A stretch of 64,000 nucleotides of DNA from positions 53,074,001 to 53,138,000 of the forward strand of contig NC_045707.1 in NCBI RefSeq assembly GCF_009834535.1, given 5' to 3'. Positions 59,101 through 64,000 of the stretch are shown piece after piece; position 1 is the stretch's first letter, and every line of letters begins with the position of its first letter. The translations under genes were made by a program, and so were the position numbers. Origin of the DNA: Camelus ferus. Lineage: Eukaryota. The notes beneath the pieces were generated by a model. It was not told the DNA's origin and did no database searches. It saw only the letters and a list, made by a program, of their open reading frames with translations.

Positions 59101-62100
59101 GAAAGGCAATCTTGTCTTCTTTAAATGCTGTCCAGAGGCTGTGATAGAATTTTCTTTAAAGCCTAGATGATGAACTGGATCCTTTCCGAGATTGGAAGCA
59201 GCGGAAAACAGAAGAGTTAATTGGGAATGGCCACAGGGTTAATGCCTCCAAAGTAAATGAGCAGCCGTTTAAAGAAATAGAAAAGGGTAAGAGAAATATT
59301 CGCTTTAGAACAGTCATTTAAATAGTAACTCTGTCAAGTAGAACACATGAGGCCCACCCTGCGGTGACTGCATGGTTCTCTGTAAGCTGTTTCTGAGTGA
59401 ATTTTTGTAAAGCCCTGAGATGGTCACTGTCATAGAGCCACAGAAGAGTAAAACGCCATCATTTTCCAGTAGGATTTGTACACTCTCAAAACTTACCAAA
59501 GTCAGTTCACAATCAACTGAATATTTTCATAATTTCTTCAGTTCTTTTTCATGTCAGTGTTTGTTAGAAAGTGCTGAGGTTCAGGTGGGACGTGGCTTAC
59601 CCTTCAACACTGTTGGAAGATGGTCCAGACCACTGGAGGTCTGGCTTCCCTTGCCCTGAGCAAGGAGTTGCTCTCTGTCCCTGGTTGCCTGTCCTGGCTC
59701 TGTCAGGATTTCAGGGAAAGAGACGTCCGCCCCCCTTGGCCCCACGGGGAGCCCTGGGACGCCTCTTCTGCACACCACGCACTTGCTCTCCGGGGCCGGG
59801 CGCGTGTCCGCATGGCGTCTGTGCGCGGTCTGCACCGGTGCCAGCATGCAAACCATAAACAGTGAAGCCGGGAGGGCTTGTGACCTGATTCTGTCGTTAG
59901 AACATATTATTTAATGGAAGGAATTACAGCGTTTCATAGTTGTATGGTTATTTGATTACAGATGTTATATAAAGTTTAAAAAAGGGAAGATAAAACTTTT
60001 AACGTAAGTAGTAAAAATTAAAAAGAAATAAAACAGTGACTAAACACTGTGGGTTAGTAGTTAATTTTGGTTCAAGGAAGAGAAGGGAGTGTGGTTGGGG
60101 GTTTCGAGGTAACTTTCCATTTCTCGGCCGAGGCGATTAATCTGCGAGTGTTTTCATGCACTCATTTTAAAAATAATTTCAGGTTTACAGAGAGGCTGCA
60201 AAACGAACACGAAGAATTCCTGAATAGCCTTCACCCAACTTTTCTAAATGTTAAGATTTGCTATATCATTCTTTCTGCATATAATACTTGAAACTGGTAA
60301 ACAGTACTGTAATTTATATGTAAAGTAATTCTTCTTGAAGATTACTCAATCTAAGGATATTTAAAACTAAGTTAAGGAAGTTGTTAATTTAAGTTTTATT
60401 TTCTTAGCACTTGCCTGGCCAACAAATTTGGCCTCAAATTCAAGAAATTGGACTGACTGTTGTAGTAATGCAAGTGTCTCCCCTGCGAGGCAGGCCCCAT
60501 CCCCGGCATCCAAGGCATCAAACAGGCAGAGTGTGCTTCCTCATCAGATCAACCAGATATACGATGAACTGTTTCACATCCACCAGAAACTGCAGGTGGG
60601 CACTCGGTGCTGAATTGGGAATTCTGAAATATTTTGTTGTAAGCAGTGAACATTTAGAAAATACAAGTGTGAGGTATCTGGTTTCAGTTATTTTAGATCA
60701 GTGCAGCCAGACAGGGTCGGCAGGAGCCCTCGCAGTGCCTCAGAGCTCCTGTGGAGCAGGGCAGAGCTGGCTGAGAGAGGAGTGTGGCTGGTGGTGTTTT
60801 GTGTTTATTCCCGTGCCATCCCATCCTTGCTTAAGAAGTAAAATTTGCTGGTAAAGTGTGCTTTTTGAAGTAGGTCTTCTAGAGTCATTTGTTTTAAATA
60901 CCCATAAGTAGGAAGTTCTCTTGTTCAGTCTCTATCCAGTCTATATCACTTTATCTGTCTTCCCTGGGATTTTTGTTGTGGTTGTTTCTAAAGGATGTAA
61001 TTTGTGTATTCATCAAGTGTCCAGGAGGTGGGACTACAGAAGGAAGCAAAAGCATATATAGGAACAATTCTGTTTGAAAGTCTTTTTATACAGATGAAAT
61101 AAACAGTTTTTAAAAATCAGTAACTCATTTTGTCTAAATAATTCAGATTATAATTACCATAGCATTTCAGAAGATTTTTTGGCCTAAAATAATGGAAAAG
61201 TTCAGGGAGAGACTTAGCTTGGTCACTTGACCCAAAGGTAGAATTTAAAGAGGAGAGCAGTGGGGAGGACATTCTAGGTATGAGGAATTGGAGGTGAGAG
61301 ATTTTTGGAAAAGAGTGATTTATCAGATTGTGAATTTATCAGCCTGTCTGATACTGAAAGAAGATAGTGGAAACTCAGGCAGAGGAGTGCCAGGGTGAAA
61401 AACAGTGCACTAGGAAGATGTCTTCGGTAATGCTTTATGGGATTAAAAAAAAAGGATCCTAAGGATATATCTCATCCATGGCAAGCACATGAAGTATAAA
61501 TATTTAATTTAAAAAATGAAATGCAGTGGATTAATCTGGTTTAATTAATCTGTAGTTTTATGTGACTTTAAAAATTACTTTGTGGTCTTCTATTTGTTAA
61601 TTATTAAATATATACATTCTTGTTATGCTACGTGATTTCATACATTCAGCAAATATTTGAACACCTGTTAATATGGTTATTCATGCTAAGTGCTGTGTAT
61701 ATAGATGTGAATAGATTATATATGGTCTTTGCCATGCATAGTTTATTGGAAGGGAATCATTAAGTCCCATATAGTTAATAAGTTTAAGTGCACAGTGTAG
61801 TTACAGCAGGAACACCCAATTGGGGTGGCTGGAGAGGTCAGGCAAGGCGTTTCCAAGAGGTCAGACGCTGAAGGAGGGTAGGGTCTGCCCGGCAAAGGGG
61901 CACATTATAGACAGACATTCTAGTGGGAGAGGCCCCGAGGCCTGGCGTCATGCTCACTGTAGGGAAGTGTGGTGGGTAACTGAGAAATGGCTTGAATGAA
62001 GGTGAGCTGAGACTGATGGTGTGGAGGGGGCAGGTGTGGAAGTTGGTAACTTGGACAGGATACTCCAGTGAGCGGTTACGTGGAATGGGGTGGCAGCCGA

Positions 62101-63706
62101 GAGACAAGCGAGTAGATGGGAGACTTACTTGGGACTTGGCGTGATGTGTCGGAGGCGGTGCAGAGAGAGTGCGGGCAGGTGTCCTCAGGGTTTGTCCAGG
62201 CCGCAGCGCATCCAAACCTTGAGTGACGTTCACACGGGTGCGCCACGTTTTCCTTATCTGTGCTCCCAGGGGCGGGATGTGGGCTGTTTCCACTTTGTGA
62301 CTTTTATGACTAACGCTGCTGTGAACATTCGTGTTGAAGTTTTGTGTGGGCGTAATGCTGTCATCTCTCCTGGGAGTGGAGTCCTGGGTCGGGCGGTAGC
62401 CATCTGTGGTGTTTCCAGCCCCACCGGCAGTGCACGGGGCTCCCGGCCTCCCTGCCCTCGAGGACACTTGTCACTGTCAGGCCATCTTAGCAGGTGTGGA
62501 GTGCTGTCTCGTTGGGGTGATTAAGTTGAATTTTGGGTGTGTTTATGTTGTGCTGCCTGACAGCATGCAGCTGGGATGTAAGTGGGCCGTTTGGACTTGA
62601 GTCTGGAGATTGGGAGAAAGAGCTTGGAGGCACTTGTCTCGGACACAGTGGTTTTAGCCCTAGGCTGGATGGAACCAAGTGAGTGAGTGTGGACAGAGAG
62701 AAAGTGGCTGAAGCCCAAAGAACATTCATTAGTAGTTGAAGGGTGGGCAGTGAGGAGGCCGAGCCTGCTGGGGGGATGGACACCATGGCCGAGGGAGTAG
62801 GGGGTCCGACAGAGGGGCCCTTTAAGCCGGAAGGAAGGGGCAGAGGATGAGATGCTGCTGAGAGACCAGGAGACCCAGGGGGACCGAGCCACAGACTTAG
62901 CCCTGGGGAAGCCACTCTGCAGGGGACAGAGATCGAGGCCAGATTCAAGGAAATTGAGGAGTGGTTAAGTGACTGGGACGGGAAGAGGGCTCAGCGAGTG
63001 TAGATGGAATTCTTGAGTTTGTGAGGGGAGATCAGTGGTGGGGTCCAGAGAGACCTCATTTCAGACGAGGTGTGAGAGCTTGGGGATGGGGGCAGTCTCC
63101 ATGCAAGGCAGGGTGTCCTGAGAGCCCGCTCTGCCCTCTCCTTCCTGGGGTGGAGCGAGACCCGGCCATTCAGGTGCAGAGGACGTGCGGACTGGAAGGA
63201 GGGAGTGGAGGTGGTGGGGCAGGAGCTGGCCCTGGCAGCACAAGGGTCTGCTCGGCGCCATGGTTGGGGGGGCCAGGAAGGCAGGAAAGTGGGCATGGAG
63301 CGAGGGTGAGGCTGGGCCTGGGGGCTGGGGGACTGACTGCTGGGATACCAGGTGCTCTCGGGTCTGGTCCACACATTCTGCAGCAGGACAGAGTTCCTGT
63401 GCAAGTCTCCTGCTGCACTAGTCCAGCTGCTGCTGGTTGCGGTCTCGCCGGCTGCCCGGAGGCCCTGAGCACTGCCTGGTGAAGAAGGAAAGATAATGTG
63501 TACTATGGTGAATTCTAAAAACACTGAGGTCTGGCCTTTTGATGCAGTGTGAGACCACAGCACAGCAGGAGTTCGCTGAAGAGCTTCAGAAGCGAGAACG
63601 TTTCCTGGTTGAAAGAGAACAGCTGCTTTTCCAACATGAAACTGCCTTGAGTAAAATTAAAGGTGTCAGAGAAGAGGTTCTTACAAGATTCCAGATTATA
63701 AAGGAG
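56048..63706 (+). CDS. CCDC138: CCDC138 coiled-coil domain-containing protein 138, 5' part (exons 1-6; continues beyond window)
   Basis: MEPRVVKPPGQDLVVERLKSRYGLGG N-terminus and QIYDELFHIHQKLQCETTAQQEFAEELQKRE coiled coil. Known synteny immediately downstream of RANBP2. Confidence 0.93.
56479..56635 (+). repeat. Two-copy ~80-bp G-rich tandem duplication in CCDC138 intron 1
   Basis: 'gggggacggagt.ggctgtgcg...ggcggtgaggg.accaggatggc..tgcggggct' at about 56479 and 56559. Confidence 0.75.
56682..56739 (+). CDS. CCDC138: CCDC138 exon 2 (candidate, highly diverged)
   Basis: ctctctttcag|CCG...CCAG|gtaggc; 58 nt, phase 0 to 1, which is what is needed to join exon 1 to exon 3; PGRRCSDRAEHQRRPPRTP. 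Confidence 0.7.
57291..57411 (+). CDS. CCDC138: CCDC138 exon 3
   Basis: tttaacag|; DFDIYSCGDKVGSPLK...; TG|gtaaga; 121 nt. Confidence 0.85.
58548..58852 (-). mobile_element. MER33-like hAT-Charlie MITE
   Basis: About 300 bp; 'ctgaattgagatg...gtaaaatacacac', 'aatatctcatt', 'aatgtggct...gaaaattttaaatta', 'acagtgctg'. Confidence 0.7.
59162..59286 (+). CDS. CCDC138: CCDC138 exon 4
   Basis: CLDDELDPFRDWKQRKTEELIGNGHRVNASKVNEQPFKEIEK; G|gtaaga; 125 nt. Confidence 0.88.
60408..60595 (+). CDS. CCDC138: CCDC138 exon 5
   Basis: ttcttag|; LAWPTNLAS...LPHQINQIYDELFHIHQKLQ; |gtgggc; 188 nt. Confidence 0.88.
63548..63706 (+). CDS. CCDC138: CCDC138 exon 6 (coiled coil)
   Basis: CETTAQQEFAEELQKRERFLVEREQLLFQHETALSKIKGVREEVLTRFQIIKE; 159 nt; AG/GT. 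Confidence 0.92.
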
Positions 63707-64000
63707 GTAACTACCTGGCCTTGACTTTAGAGTCAGGTGCTTCCCCTTTTCCCCTGAGTTTGGACTCTGGTTGTTAGCGTCCCCCACGTCCCTGTTCTCC
63801 GTCCCCCCAACCATGCACATGTTTTCTGGACCATTTGCAGGTAAGTTGCAAAAGTCCAAGCGTAGCATCTGAGTCCTTCCTCAGTCCCAGGAGGAGCGTG
63901 ACTGCCCGGGAGTTAGGACACTCTCCACAACAGTATCTCACAGGAAAAGAATGCTAATTAAGTGATTAACTTCATAAACACGTACAGTCTACATTCGCTT

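Noticed and set aside
61838..63563. 150-209 aa ORFs in CCDC138 intron 5
   Set aside because: They overlap decayed L1/L2-like, GC-rich sequence with no domain features or splice support.

Overview
Eukaryotic (mammalian) genomic DNA, probably camelid judging by tRNA-Ala-derived Vic-1-like SINEs; the species call is an inference. The window holds the complete RANBP2/Nup358 gene on the + strand: a CpG-island promoter and 29 canonical coding exons from 3194 to 54009. All introns are GT-AG and the frame stays open, giving a 9288-nt CDS of about 3095 aa. Domains are TPR/alpha-helical N-terminus, RBD1, six RanBP2 zinc fingers, RBD2, the BICD2/kinesin region with LEWD, RBD3, the IR1-M-IR2 SUMO E3 module, RBD4 and cyclophilin. 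About 2 kb downstream, in tandem, lie a second CpG island and the first six coding exons of CCDC138, which runs off the window. Introns carry L1, MIR, tRNA-derived SINE, Tigger- and Charlie-type repeats. I see no wholly new biological system. The most notable details are: a 28S rRNA fragment fused to an L1 3' end in intron 1; a duplicated in-frame donor site at exon 9; a 78-nt in-frame cassette exon after giant exon 20; a donor site regenerated at the exon 22/23 junction; a recent zinc-finger duplication with only non-synonymous differences; and a strongly GC-shifted candidate CCDC138 exon 2. Comparisons with human sequences are from memory and need confirming by alignment.
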